From contig CAWIAD010000002.1 in the NCBI GenBank assembly GCA_963833985.1, forward strand, positions 3,584,001-3,648,000: a DNA stretch of 64,000 nucleotides. The letters run 5' to 3'. Within the stretch, counting starts at the first letter, position 1. The number at the start of each line of letters is the position of its first letter. Both the position numbers and the translations under genes were made by a program. The notes under the pieces were generated by a model. The model did not search any database. It worked only from the letters and a program-made list of their open reading frames with translations, and was not told where the DNA came from. This document shows positions 9,089 through 18,309 of this stretch, piece by piece. The stretch is from an uncultured Planctomycetaceae bacterium. GTDB taxonomy: Bacteria > Planctomycetota > Planctomycetia > Isosphaerales > Isosphaeraceae.

Positions 9089-10801
9089 TCATGACTCGGC
9101 GTCTTCCTCCTCAGTCAAGCCGCTGGTCTCCTCCCCAGGTTCTTCTGCCTGGAAGGCGCTCTCATCAAACTCGTAATAGTCCACGGTTTTCTTCTTCACG
9201 CCGATTTCGTGCTGCATCAGAAGATCGATCAGAGTCTCGCCGTTGATCAGGGTGATCGGAGCAGCACCCATCTCGAAAGCGGCATCCTTGGCACCTTTCC
9301 CGTAATCCCCGGTGGTGATGATCGTCCCTTTCTGAGCCTTGAACCTATGGAGTGACCCTCGCAGCATGTCGAGGACTGTGCGCTGAATGTTCGCGCGGTG
9401 CCGTTTCACCTGGATAACCTCGTTGATCGTGGTGATCCCAAACTGGGCGACCGCCTTGACATCGACGCCTTTGTCGTTGGAGGGCTGAGTGACCTCGACA
9501 TCCTCGTAGCCCATCTCGGTCAGCAGGTCGCAGATGAGTCGCTCGAAGGCATAGGGGTCCATCTTCTCCAATCGTTCCCTAAGCGTCTCCCGCTGGGATC
9601 GGTTGAACGTCTCAACCCCAGCGAGGAGTTCCTTGGTACGGTTCTGTCCCGCATCAGGCAGCCCGGAAGTAAGCGACTCAAGATACTCCTCGCCTCGCGG
9701 AGTCAGTCGATATCGTTGTCCTTCTCGATCGATCAGCTTGCGATCAAGAAGGTTCTGGAGCCGTCTGTAAAGAAAGCCTTTGACGACGGATTCCTGCCTG
9801 ACTTTGGAATGACTGATTGCGAAGTCACGCCAGCCCGGCAGCAGATCCGAGCGGCGGGCATTGCGTTTGACCTGGACGAGTTTAAGGATTTCGCCCATAC
9901 CTTCTTGGAGGTCGATGCCCCGTTCCGTCGCCCCAAACTCGGAAGCGAGCAACTCCTTGCCCACCGACGTGACTGTCCACTTTCCGTCACGCTCTTCGAT
10001 CAGATCATACCGATCGGCGACGATTCCCGGTTCCAGCGAATAGCTAGGGTTGAGCCGATGCCCTGATTTCGACCAGATCAGCTTGGCTAGTGCTTGATCA
10101 GAGCCCTTGAGCCGCTCCTCAATCCAGATCTCGGGGTTCTCCCAACTGACCGGCTCTTGTGGTGTTCCCCGGAGTCGTTTGATCGCGGTTTCGAGCGATT
10201 CTAGGTCGGAGACGGAGACACCCTCGATTGCCGTGAGGTAACCACGAAGCAGCGAAAAGGTTGGCAGCCACGCACACAGACCGGGTTTCCCAGAGGAGAT
10301 CCCTTCTCCCCCAGCAATCGAAGTCCCTTTGTTGGCGGCAGGAACCCGCTCAGCCTTCTTCTTGTCATAAGGTCGCAAGACCGGTGTTTGCTGCGCTCTC
10401 TGGATCGCGTCAAGGACGACCTCGGCGTCTTCCTTCTGGAGCCGGGTTGGGCTACCCCGCAGGTATCCCGCCCAAGATCGCGCTGGAGAGTGTAGCGATG
10501 GCTGAAGTGCCTGGTGTGGGATGCCGTGTTCGGGCAGGAGCAGGATCTCAGCCTCGACGCCCAGCCGCACGGGAAAGACCTCCATGTCCCAGATTCGTTC
10601 CTCGGAACGGTAAACGGGTTTTGTGACCCGCAGGACGCCGACCCAACGGCTGATCCCGGTAACGTAGCAAAGCAACTTGTCGCCGGGCTGAATCTGCTCG
10701 CAGGTATGGAACCGCCGCTCCCGGAAGCCTGAGACCTTCGCCCCAGCCTTCTGGAACTCCTCAAGCGTCTTCACAGTGAAAAGATCAAGCCAGTAGTTCA
10801 T
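9089..10801 (-). CDS. EVE-domain / Mrr-family (type IV-like) restriction endonuclease
   Basis: N-terminal EVE-like YWLDLF...IQPGDKLLCYV; C-terminal Mrr_cat FERLICDLLTEMGY...DKGVD...IQVKRH...ITTG...LINGETLIDLL. Confidence 0.88.
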   Translation of the reverse strand: MNYWLDLFTVKTLEEFQKAGAKVSGFRERRFHTCEQIQPGDKLLCYVTGISRWVGVLRVTKPVYRSEERIWDMEVFPVRLGVEAEILLLPEHGIPHQALQPSLHSPARSWAGYLRGSPTRLQKEDAEVVLDAIQRAQQTPVLRPYDKKKAERVPAANKGTSIAGGEGISSGKPGLCAWLPTFSLLRGYLTAIEGVSVSDLESLETAIKRLRGTPQEPVSWENPEIWIEERLKGSDQALAKLIWSKSGHRLNPSYSLEPGIVADRYDLIEERDGKWTVTSVGKELLASEFGATERGIDLQEGMGEILKLVQVKRNARRSDLLPGWRDFAISHSKVRQESVVKGFLYRRLQNLLDRKLIDREGQRYRLTPRGEEYLESLTSGLPDAGQNRTKELLAGVETFNRSQRETLRERLEKMDPYAFERLICDLLTEMGYEDVEVTQPSNDKGVDVKAVAQFGITTINEVIQVKRHRANIQRTVLDMLRGSLHRFKAQKGTIITTGDYGKGAKDAAFEMGAAPITLINGETLIDLLMQHEIGVKKKTVDYYEFDESAFQAEEPGEETSGLTEEEDAES

Positions 10802-10828
10802 AGCGGATTCCAAGTCGCTCGACGAGGT

Positions 10829-13800
10829 TCAGGGCAGTAGGTCGCCTCGTCCCATCGCCTGGGCGATGTTTTTCAAGTGCTGCCTTACCGCCTGGGGATC
10901 ATCCAGGTCACGTGATTGAACGACGATCACCGTGTATCCGTCGAGTTCCAGCATCCCACGGATCAACTGGTCTCGCTGGGCAGTCTTCGGGTCGCCGTGT
11001 AGACCTCGGCTCATCCCGTCGAGGTAAACAGCCACCTTCGTTTCCTCGTGTACCCAATCCGGCTCCGTCGCAAGCCCTGCCGTCGTCGTGATCCGCTTGC
11101 AGCAGATGCCGCTGGGGAAATGGTGGTCTTGGAGCAGTCTCAGCAGCCTTGCCTCGGGCTGGTTTGAGGGGCTGCCATCTTCGGGCTTCTCCTCGTCGTA
11201 GACAGGCTGAATGGTGCGATAGAACTCAGGCTGGATGTTCAGTTTCTCAACGAGTTCCAGCGCATGATGCCGGTTCAGAAGCTCGTGGTAATATTGATTG
11301 CGGAAGGTCTTGAGACAGGCGTAGCAAGCCGCTCCACACTCTTGAGAACAACCCGCCAGCAGCGTCTTCGACGTGGCGATCAATTCCTGCCACCGATCGA
11401 GAATCTGCTCCAAGAGCCCAGAGCCGCCTGGCATCGGGTCATAGATCAGCAGATCGAGCTTTTCGTCGGCTTTGCGGACCAGGAGAAGTTGCAGGTCGTC
11501 CGGTCCCATGTCCAACAGGCGGGTGGCTGCCGTCCGCAATGCCTCCCCGATGTTAAAGCCATCCGCCTCGCAGGTAATCGCGTGGAACTGGAGCATGTCT
11601 ACGTCAGCGTGAGCCGATAACGCCAAACGTATAACCTCTTTCCCACACCGCTCCTTATGAATCTTGAGGAACTGGTTGACCTCGGTGGGCACGGCATAGG
11701 GCGACTTGGCGGCACCGCACACCGAACAGATCCAGTGCCCGAGTTCCTGATTCTTGACCCGTCCCGCTTCCCCGATGTTGACCAATTCTATTCCCTGCCC
11801 CCGCAGGTAGCTCACGTCCTGGTCGCCGATCTTGATGCCCTTACCGCCCCGAGAGTGCTTGCGAAGTCGCCCCAGGACCGTCACGGGCATTGAGAAACGA
11901 AGGTTCTCATCCTCAGTGATTCGACTCTCGTGGGCAAGATCCAGGTCCGCGATCGGTAAGGCGTCGATGGGCACGCCCCCGGTCTGCCCATAGGATGTCT
12001 GACCACCTTGGTCGGTGACATATCCCTTGAGCGGATCGACCCGCAGGGTGCGAATGCGAGCCGTCTCGTCCGCACCGAGGTGGTAGCGGGCAACGTAGAA
12101 CGTCCCCCTGTTGGCATAGAGCCGGTTGCCGGGGACAAACTCACGTAGGGCGACGACGTTGCTGCGGGACAGGTCGAACGCCTTCGGTCCCGAGGTGCGA
12201 GCAACACCACGCCGGGCTGAGGCAACGATGCCTCCCTCGTATACGCCGTACCCTGGGAGAAAGCCCTCCACTGCCAGCACTGTCAGCGTGTAGGTCTGGC
12301 GGTCGCGGGTGACGATGGAATTGATGAAGTCGTCACATCGTCTAAGCAGTTGCTCTTCCTCCCTGTCGATCAGCCCTGAGTCCTTCTTCCTGTGTAGTTC
12401 TGATCGGGTGCTCCTCGCCCATGTCAGGCGGCGATGCAGCCTCTTGACCACCGTGTCCAGTTCGGTTGCCGTACTGTCAATGATCTGCTCGATCGCTGTC
12501 CGAGTGGCGAGTTCAGCAGCCTCCTGTGGCCAGTGCTGGGCGAAGAGGGTGACGAGGCGATCTGCCAGCCCTTGCCTCATGGTTGAGATGAGAGATTGAA
12601 GAGGAGCCGTGCTGGTCGGGGTCTGACGGAACCGGTTCTCCTCATCGAGCAAGTAGGAACGGATGAATGTCGGGAACAGGATGTCCAGCACCTCCCGAAC
12701 CTGGCTGCCCGACTCGCCCGATTCCGTGGACCCGAGCAGCAATGACGAGAGGATCGCTGAACGAACATGCTTGGCGACCATCAGCGGGTTACGCAGGTTG
12801 AATGCCGGGGCTTCGATTGAGCCTCCCAGCAACCGCAGTGGGTCGTCGAAGAAGTAGCGATCATGATTGGACCGGCGACAGTAGGTGACGACGACCGCCA
12901 TCCGCTCTTCACGTCCCGCCCGCCCCGCCCGCTGCCAGTAGTTCGATGCCTTTGGTGGGACGTTCCGCATCAATGCCATGTCCAGGACACCAATGTTGAC
13001 GCCCATCTCCAGCGTTGGAGTGGCAACCAGGCAGTTGGTTCTGCCATGCCTGGACTTGAACTCTTGCTCGATCTTGTTGCGGATCTCACCCGGCACCTGG
13101 GCAGTGTGCTCCTCTGCTGTGACCATGACGAAGGGGCGTTGCATCAGCCAAACGTCATAGTTCTCCTGGTCAGGCTGCTCGGTGACGGTCGTACCGTGAC
13201 AGTTGTGCCGTGTGCATGCCGAGTTGGGAGCCTTCTGGGTCGTGATCCGTTGGCAGGTAGTGCAGCGTTCTTTGACCTGGCTGGACTTGACGACGAACTT
13301 CTCTAGGTCCACTTGCCACACGTCGGCTAGCGGAGTCTCCCGCTGAGAGCGCAGTGTCACCTTTCGGAGCACCTTGGCATCATTGGTCAAGAACTCCCAG
13401 AGAATCGTCACCGCCTCATTCACATCAAGTCTGTTGGGGTGTGCTGCCCATTTCTTGACGAGTGCCTGGACAGCCGAGGCACCACGCCTGGCGAGAAGTC
13501 CTCTCGCGTACTTGTCTGTGTCTCCCGCCGAAAGCAACAATCCCTGCGGATGGAAATCCCGCAGGTTCAGGAGCCCCGCCTGGATGTAGGGGTCGTCCTT
13601 CGGATGGTAATGGGAGTAGATCAGGTCGTTGGCGACGAGCAGGTAGCGGCTCCGTCGCCAGTTGTCTAACAGCAAGTGGACCGCTTCGACTGCCTCCTCG
13701 GGCGACAACTCCATTACTTCAGCCCACTGCCGCAGTCCCTTGCTCTGGGGATTCACACCCTCGTACACCACCTGTGCCAGTCCCATCGATTCAAGGCAGT

Positions 13801-16198
13801 CAGTACGCCTCACGCCGGTGGTGAACTCCCGCAGCACCATGAACCGCAGAGCCTTGTAGACGGGCAGCCACTTGTTGTGCCCGAAGATCGCGGGGGCTTC
13901 CTCGCCGGTCAATTCCGGCAGGAGCGTATCGATGAGGTTCTGGTCCTTGCGGAACCACTCCATGAGCTTGTCGGTAATCGCGTCGAGCGGCAGCGGCGAG
14001 CCATTCTCGACGATCACTTGATGCATCATGTGCCGCAGCCGAATACGCCGGGCGTGGTCCTGCATCCAGCCCGCCTGGAACGCAGCATCCTGGCGGCTAT
14101 CAGCGAAGATGATCAGCTTCTTGTGATCCTCCGGGGCGGCGTTGATCATCGCCTGAGCCAGAATGTGAACGTCGGAGACCGTGACCGCCTGCACCTTCCT
14201 CGCCGGTTCGATCTCCCGCCCGCCGATGCGGAACGACGGGGTACTGCAAGAGGGACAGGCAGACAATCCAGACCCGAAGGCAATCAGGGGCAGAAGCGGC
14301 TCTTGGTGACCACACCCATCCGCCAGGCAGCGAGTAGAGGACTCCCGGTGCAACGCCCCACACTGACGACAGAACCACGCCCTCGGATAGCGTGACGTGC
14401 GTGTGGATGGTCCCCCGTCTGCTTCTTCCAGGAGCCGGTTGGTCAGCACCAGCCTGGTGCCGGTTCCCTCGGGTGACGTGGACCAAAAAGCGTTTTCTTG
14501 CCCGTCCTCGTTCGGTGACGCTTTGCCGTTCTCGAAACCCCGAAGCTGGTTCTTCGCACCTCGGGCAAACTCCAGGTCGAGGCAGTACTTCTCCAGAAAG
14601 TGCTGCCCGCAGCTTCGGCAGGTAAGGACCGGGAAGAAGGCGTCATCAAGCCTACCAGGGTAGTGTTCCTTGGCATCGTGGATTGACAGGAAAAGGTGAA
14701 GCTTGGGGTCGGCATCGGTCCCGTCCAGAGCGACCACCATCTCGTCCAGTCCCCGGAGGAAGAAGTGGACCTTCGGACGCAGAAGTGACTCACCGGCTTT
14801 CTGGGCGGCGGCACCCAGGATGAGGTAAGCCAGCAGTTCGGCGTTTGCCTGGTCCCCCTCCGGGAGCCGACTCATAGCGATCCGCTGAGAGGTTTGCCAC
14901 GCCACCTCGTTGAGCCGATTGGGGTTCTTCAAGACTTGCGTGGTCTGGAAGACGTACTCGTTCGTGAACAAGTGGTCGAAGAGCGATTCTCGCCAGTCCT
15001 GACCGGGATCGAAGATTTGTCCGGTCAGTTCCTCGACGACACGTTTGATCGTATCGATATCGATTGGCTCGGTGATCGCCGCCAGAATTCGGCTCAGCCG
15101 TTCCACGCCATCACCGTGAGGTGCAACCGGACGATACCTATGCCGTGCCCATTCCCGACTGACGAAGGACTCGCCAATGAGCCTGACCTTGGTGGGATCG
15201 ACTCCGAAGAACCTGGAGGCGAACCGCCGAGCCGTCTCCTCGTTGTCGTCGTCCTTCTTGGTGGGATCGGAAAGGGTTGCCGATGTGCCAATGCAGATGA
15301 TTTCGTCGGGGGACTTTCCCGCCAGGGCACGGACCCGCCGAATCAGGCAGGCTACCTCCGCTCCTGTGGCACCGCCATAGGTATGGGCTTCGTCGAACAC
15401 GAGATACCGGATGGGTGCCTGGGCAAAGAGCGCCACGTCGGGTAGACGGGTGGTCAGGATCTCCAACTGACGGAAGTTGGTCAGGAGGATGCGAGGCTTC
15501 CGCTCGCGGATGTCCTCCTCAGAGCAGCATTCCTCCGGGGGTGCGAGGGGACGGACAGCCCTATCTTCCGCCTGGGCTTCGTCACGGCGTTGCTGACGGG
15601 CAGCGAGGTAAGCGGCACGACCAGAACCGGGGAACCGGTCGATCCCTACTTCGCCCTCGGTCGAAGGAGTAGTTCCTACCCACTGGGCAAAGCTGATCCC
15701 CGTGCCGCCAAGCATGTCCCGCAGTCGGTCTAACTGGTCGTTGGCAAGGGCGTTCATGGGGTATACAAGGATCGCTGTCAGACCCTCGTGGACGCCCTTG
15801 TCGCGTTCCCGCAGAAGGTCGTCGATGATTGGATAGAGGAATGACTCAGTTTTTCCTGAGCCCGTTCCGGTGGCGACCAGGACGTGCTGCCCCGCCTTGA
15901 CTGACTCCAAGACCTGTTCCTGGTGGAGCCACATCGACGGATAGCCGATCAGACCGGGCATAATCGCGTGGAGCGTTCCTCGATCCGCCATGCCCTGAAC
16001 CGACTCGCCCTTGGCGAAAGCTTCCGAGAGGGAAACGAACGGTCCTTTGACCAATGGCATGTCGAGCGACGTGTGACCCTTGAGGTTATCGTGAGCCTGC
16101 TTGGCGAGGTCGGGGTCCGTGATCGGGAACGCGGAGAAGATGTACCGCAGGAACTCGTCACAGACGTTGTGGGCGAATTGGACTGGGTTGATTGCCAT
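10829..16198 (-). CDS. YprA-like DEAD/DEAH helicase with DUF1998 Zn domain and C-terminal PD-(D/E)xK (Vsr/DUF559-like) nuclease
   Basis: TGTGSGKT, DEAH, TPTLEMGVNIG, QRAGRAGR; DUF1998 YDPMPGGSG...CxxxCxxACYxCL; tail PDWVHEETKVAVYLDG...H...RD. ATG 16198 preferred to the track start 16207. Confidence 0.9.
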   Translation of the reverse strand: MAINPVQFAHNVCDEFLRYIFSAFPITDPDLAKQAHDNLKGHTSLDMPLVKGPFVSLSEAFAKGESVQGMADRGTLHAIMPGLIGYPSMWLHQEQVLESVKAGQHVLVATGTGSGKTESFLYPIIDDLLRERDKGVHEGLTAILVYPMNALANDQLDRLRDMLGGTGISFAQWVGTTPSTEGEVGIDRFPGSGRAAYLAARQQRRDEAQAEDRAVRPLAPPEECCSEEDIRERKPRILLTNFRQLEILTTRLPDVALFAQAPIRYLVFDEAHTYGGATGAEVACLIRRVRALAGKSPDEIICIGTSATLSDPTKKDDDNEETARRFASRFFGVDPTKVRLIGESFVSREWARHRYRPVAPHGDGVERLSRILAAITEPIDIDTIKRVVEELTGQIFDPGQDWRESLFDHLFTNEYVFQTTQVLKNPNRLNEVAWQTSQRIAMSRLPEGDQANAELLAYLILGAAAQKAGESLLRPKVHFFLRGLDEMVVALDGTDADPKLHLFLSIHDAKEHYPGRLDDAFFPVLTCRSCGQHFLEKYCLDLEFARGAKNQLRGFENGKASPNEDGQENAFWSTSPEGTGTRLVLTNRLLEEADGGPSTRTSRYPRAWFCRQCGALHRESSTRCLADGCGHQEPLLPLIAFGSGLSACPSCSTPSFRIGGREIEPARKVQAVTVSDVHILAQAMINAAPEDHKKLIIFADSRQDAAFQAGWMQDHARRIRLRHMMHQVIVENGSPLPLDAITDKLMEWFRKDQNLIDTLLPELTGEEAPAIFGHNKWLPVYKALRFMVLREFTTGVRRTDCLESMGLAQVVYEGVNPQSKGLRQWAEVMELSPEEAVEAVHLLLDNWRRSRYLLVANDLIYSHYHPKDDPYIQAGLLNLRDFHPQGLLLSAGDTDKYARGLLARRGASAVQALVKKWAAHPNRLDVNEAVTILWEFLTNDAKVLRKVTLRSQRETPLADVWQVDLEKFVVKSSQVKERCTTCQRITTQKAPNSACTRHNCHGTTVTEQPDQENYDVWLMQRPFVMVTAEEHTAQVPGEIRNKIEQEFKSRHGRTNCLVATPTLEMGVNIGVLDMALMRNVPPKASNYWQRAGRAGREERMAVVVTYCRRSNHDRYFFDDPLRLLGGSIEAPAFNLRNPLMVAKHVRSAILSSLLLGSTESGESGSQVREVLDILFPTFIRSYLLDEENRFRQTPTSTAPLQSLISTMRQGLADRLVTLFAQHWPQEAAELATRTAIEQIIDSTATELDTVVKRLHRRLTWARSTRSELHRKKDSGLIDREEEQLLRRCDDFINSIVTRDRQTYTLTVLAVEGFLPGYGVYEGGIVASARRGVARTSGPKAFDLSRSNVVALREFVPGNRLYANRGTFYVARYHLGADETARIRTLRVDPLKGYVTDQGGQTSYGQTGGVPIDALPIADLDLAHESRITEDENLRFSMPVTVLGRLRKHSRGGKGIKIGDQDVSYLRGQGIELVNIGEAGRVKNQELGHWICSVCGAAKSPYAVPTEVNQFLKIHKERCGKEVIRLALSAHADVDMLQFHAITCEADGFNIGEALRTAATRLLDMGPDDLQLLLVRKADEKLDLLIYDPMPGGSGLLEQILDRWQELIATSKTLLAGCSQECGAACYACLKTFRNQYYHELLNRHHALELVEKLNIQPEFYRTIQPVYDEEKPEDGSPSNQPEARLLRLLQDHHFPSGICCKRITTTAGLATEPDWVHEETKVAVYLDGMSRGLHGDPKTAQRDQLIRGMLELDGYTVIVVQSRDLDDPQAVRQHLKNIAQAMGRGDLLP

Positions 16199-16230
16199 AC
16201 TGATCACCAGGAAGAATCATCAGCGATTGG

Positions 16231-17295
16231 TCAACGAATGGGTAGGAGACCACGAAGACGCTCGGCAAGGACGCGCTGACCGATGTCTCGGATCGCCCAT
16301 TCGATGACATCAAAAGGAACCCCCACGTATTCGCCCCAGAATCGATCAGCGATCCAATACGAGGAACTGGTGAAGTAGGGAAAACCCAAGATACCTTGGG
16401 ACGACGGGGAGGGACGAGGGACGATTTCGGCGATCTGGACTTCAATAGTGTCCGGTGTTCGCAGGATTTTCTCCTGAACAAGATATCCCAGCAATCTAAG
16501 GAGGTTCAGTCGCTCTTCCTTGTGGTCGGATCGCTTACCAAAAGTCTTAGGATTCACGAATCTGAAGGCACGGACCCGAACCTGATTGTCCAGTTGATCG
16601 GGTTCCACCACCAAGAGATCACAGTAAAGCTTATGCGAGGCGGTGTCATCTCCTCTCACAGACTGGATCATCGCCTGCATCTCGCCTCGATCGACGCCGA
16701 CCAACTCCCGTTCAAGTCGTGTTCGCTTCGTTTCATCTTGCCTAACCACGCCCCGGTCGTACTTTCTGTCATACTTGCTCACCAACTCTTTTGCCGTTTC
16801 GATAGAACCTTCCTTGAGATCGACGAGCCATTCTTTCTTGCCGGTTGCGTGCTCCAGTTCATCCTCACCGATATCAGCAGCCTTCTTTGAGTGGTTGAAT
16901 CCACCGCAGTCAGAAAGCATGTTCTGGGTAAACAAGTGCGTTACGGGGCGACCAAACACCCGAACTTGATGTACAAGAATCTCGGCGATCGATGCTTCAA
17001 GCCAAAAGCGAGTCTGCGTGGCTATTGTCTGATAGATGGAGTAGAAGCTGACGTACACCTCCTCAAGCGGCTCGTCGTCCATACCTGTGACAAGAGGATA
17101 GCGGATCGGATCACGTTCCCTTACGAACTTCGAGTAGCGTTCGTGGACAAACTGAGGTGAGCAATAGCGTTCAAGTTCTTTAGTGAAGATCCTCTGAACG
17201 ATGTCAATCGCCCAGTTGTAGTTCCTGAGTCCGCTCGGAATGACTCTCTCATCGACGGTTGCCATGACTGGTCCTCCTGCGTAGTTTAGATTCAT
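16231..17295 (-). CDS. Hypothetical protein, possibly divergent TdeIII-like restriction endonuclease
   Basis: 354 aa embedded in the operon; CDLLVVE...RFVNPK...LNLLRL...RFWGEYVG layout. Confidence 0.5.
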   Translation of the reverse strand: MNLNYAGGPVMATVDERVIPSGLRNYNWAIDIVQRIFTKELERYCSPQFVHERYSKFVRERDPIRYPLVTGMDDEPLEEVYVSFYSIYQTIATQTRFWLEASIAEILVHQVRVFGRPVTHLFTQNMLSDCGGFNHSKKAADIGEDELEHATGKKEWLVDLKEGSIETAKELVSKYDRKYDRGVVRQDETKRTRLERELVGVDRGEMQAMIQSVRGDDTASHKLYCDLLVVEPDQLDNQVRVRAFRFVNPKTFGKRSDHKEERLNLLRLLGYLVQEKILRTPDTIEVQIAEIVPRPSPSSQGILGFPYFTSSSYWIADRFWGEYVGVPFDVIEWAIRDIGQRVLAERLRGLLPIR

Positions 17296-17306
17296 TGTCG
17301 GTCGAT

Positions 17307-18260
17307 TCAGCGGACTACTTTGGGCGGGGGTCTTAGCCAGCAGTCCGATGCCGCCCAGGCGGTCACGACGTGATCGTTCTCACCCACAAACGGGTAGAAG
17401 ACTCCGTTGGGTGCGGTCAGTTCGAGCATCTGGTCATACCACTGTTCATACTCGGGGTCGGCTCCCCACCCGATGAAGCAGAGATCACGGAACCGCTCGA
17501 AGAACTTGTCAGCCAGTCGCTCTGGTGTATCAAACAGTGCGTCCGTCCAGCCGAATGGATGGTGGTTGCCAGAGGTCTCGAAAGGGTCGTGATGCTGTAT
17601 GACCTTCAGGGTCTCACGCAATTGGTTCATGCGGTGACCATCGGTCAGTGCCCCATTGTCAGCGTCCATGACGATCGAGGGAACGATTGAGCAACTCCAG
17701 TTTCCAGGCGACTTGAGATACCCGTTCTGGTGCATCCAAGGGGCAGCCCGAAGGCGTGCGAAGCCCTTGCGGTGGAGATGTCGAAGCATAAGTAGAATCC
17801 GGCGAAAGAGTGACCGCTCGACGCGGCTCGCCACGTCCAAAGCGGCAATGTCACGCTTGCGGGTCGTCTGGTTCTTTGAGGAGTTGATCTTGGAACGTGC
17901 TACATCCAGAGGACACCAGGAAGACCGGGGAGGTGTGCCCTCTGGTGGTTCGTCGTTATCCTTGATCATTCCAGTGAAGAAGAACGTCGAGCTATTCTCG
18001 GTGATCCAGACGTTATGTATTGGGAAGGTACTGGTCGTCCTCCATCCGACCTTCTCTTTGAGGCATCGGCTCAGCGTCATCGCAGCCGATTCGTCAGGCT
18101 TCACACGGACTCGGGGCAATGTGGAAATCACGCCGTATGGTTTATCCTCGGGGTCGAGCACGAGTACATGGTCGCGTACATCGAAGGCGATGAACCCGAG
18201 GTGAGACACGCCCTCGGGTGCAGAGGCGAGAACGGCTTCAACTGCGTCTTCGTTCATCAT
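17307..18260 (-). CDS. Degenerate NUDIX-fold domain fused to unknown C-terminal domain
   Basis: LPRVRVKPDESAAMTLSRCLKEKVG aligns to the Nudix box GX5EX7REUXEEXG with catalytic residues lost. Confidence 0.55.
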   Translation of the reverse strand: MMNEDAVEAVLASAPEGVSHLGFIAFDVRDHVLVLDPEDKPYGVISTLPRVRVKPDESAAMTLSRCLKEKVGWRTTSTFPIHNVWITENSSTFFFTGMIKDNDEPPEGTPPRSSWCPLDVARSKINSSKNQTTRKRDIAALDVASRVERSLFRRILLMLRHLHRKGFARLRAAPWMHQNGYLKSPGNWSCSIVPSIVMDADNGALTDGHRMNQLRETLKVIQHHDPFETSGNHHPFGWTDALFDTPERLADKFFERFRDLCFIGWGADPEYEQWYDQMLELTAPNGVFYPFVGENDHVVTAWAASDCWLRPPPKVVR

Positions 18261-18309
18261 GGGACACCATCCCAAGAGCTTACCGCTCACTCAAGACCCT
18301 CTGCTCCCC

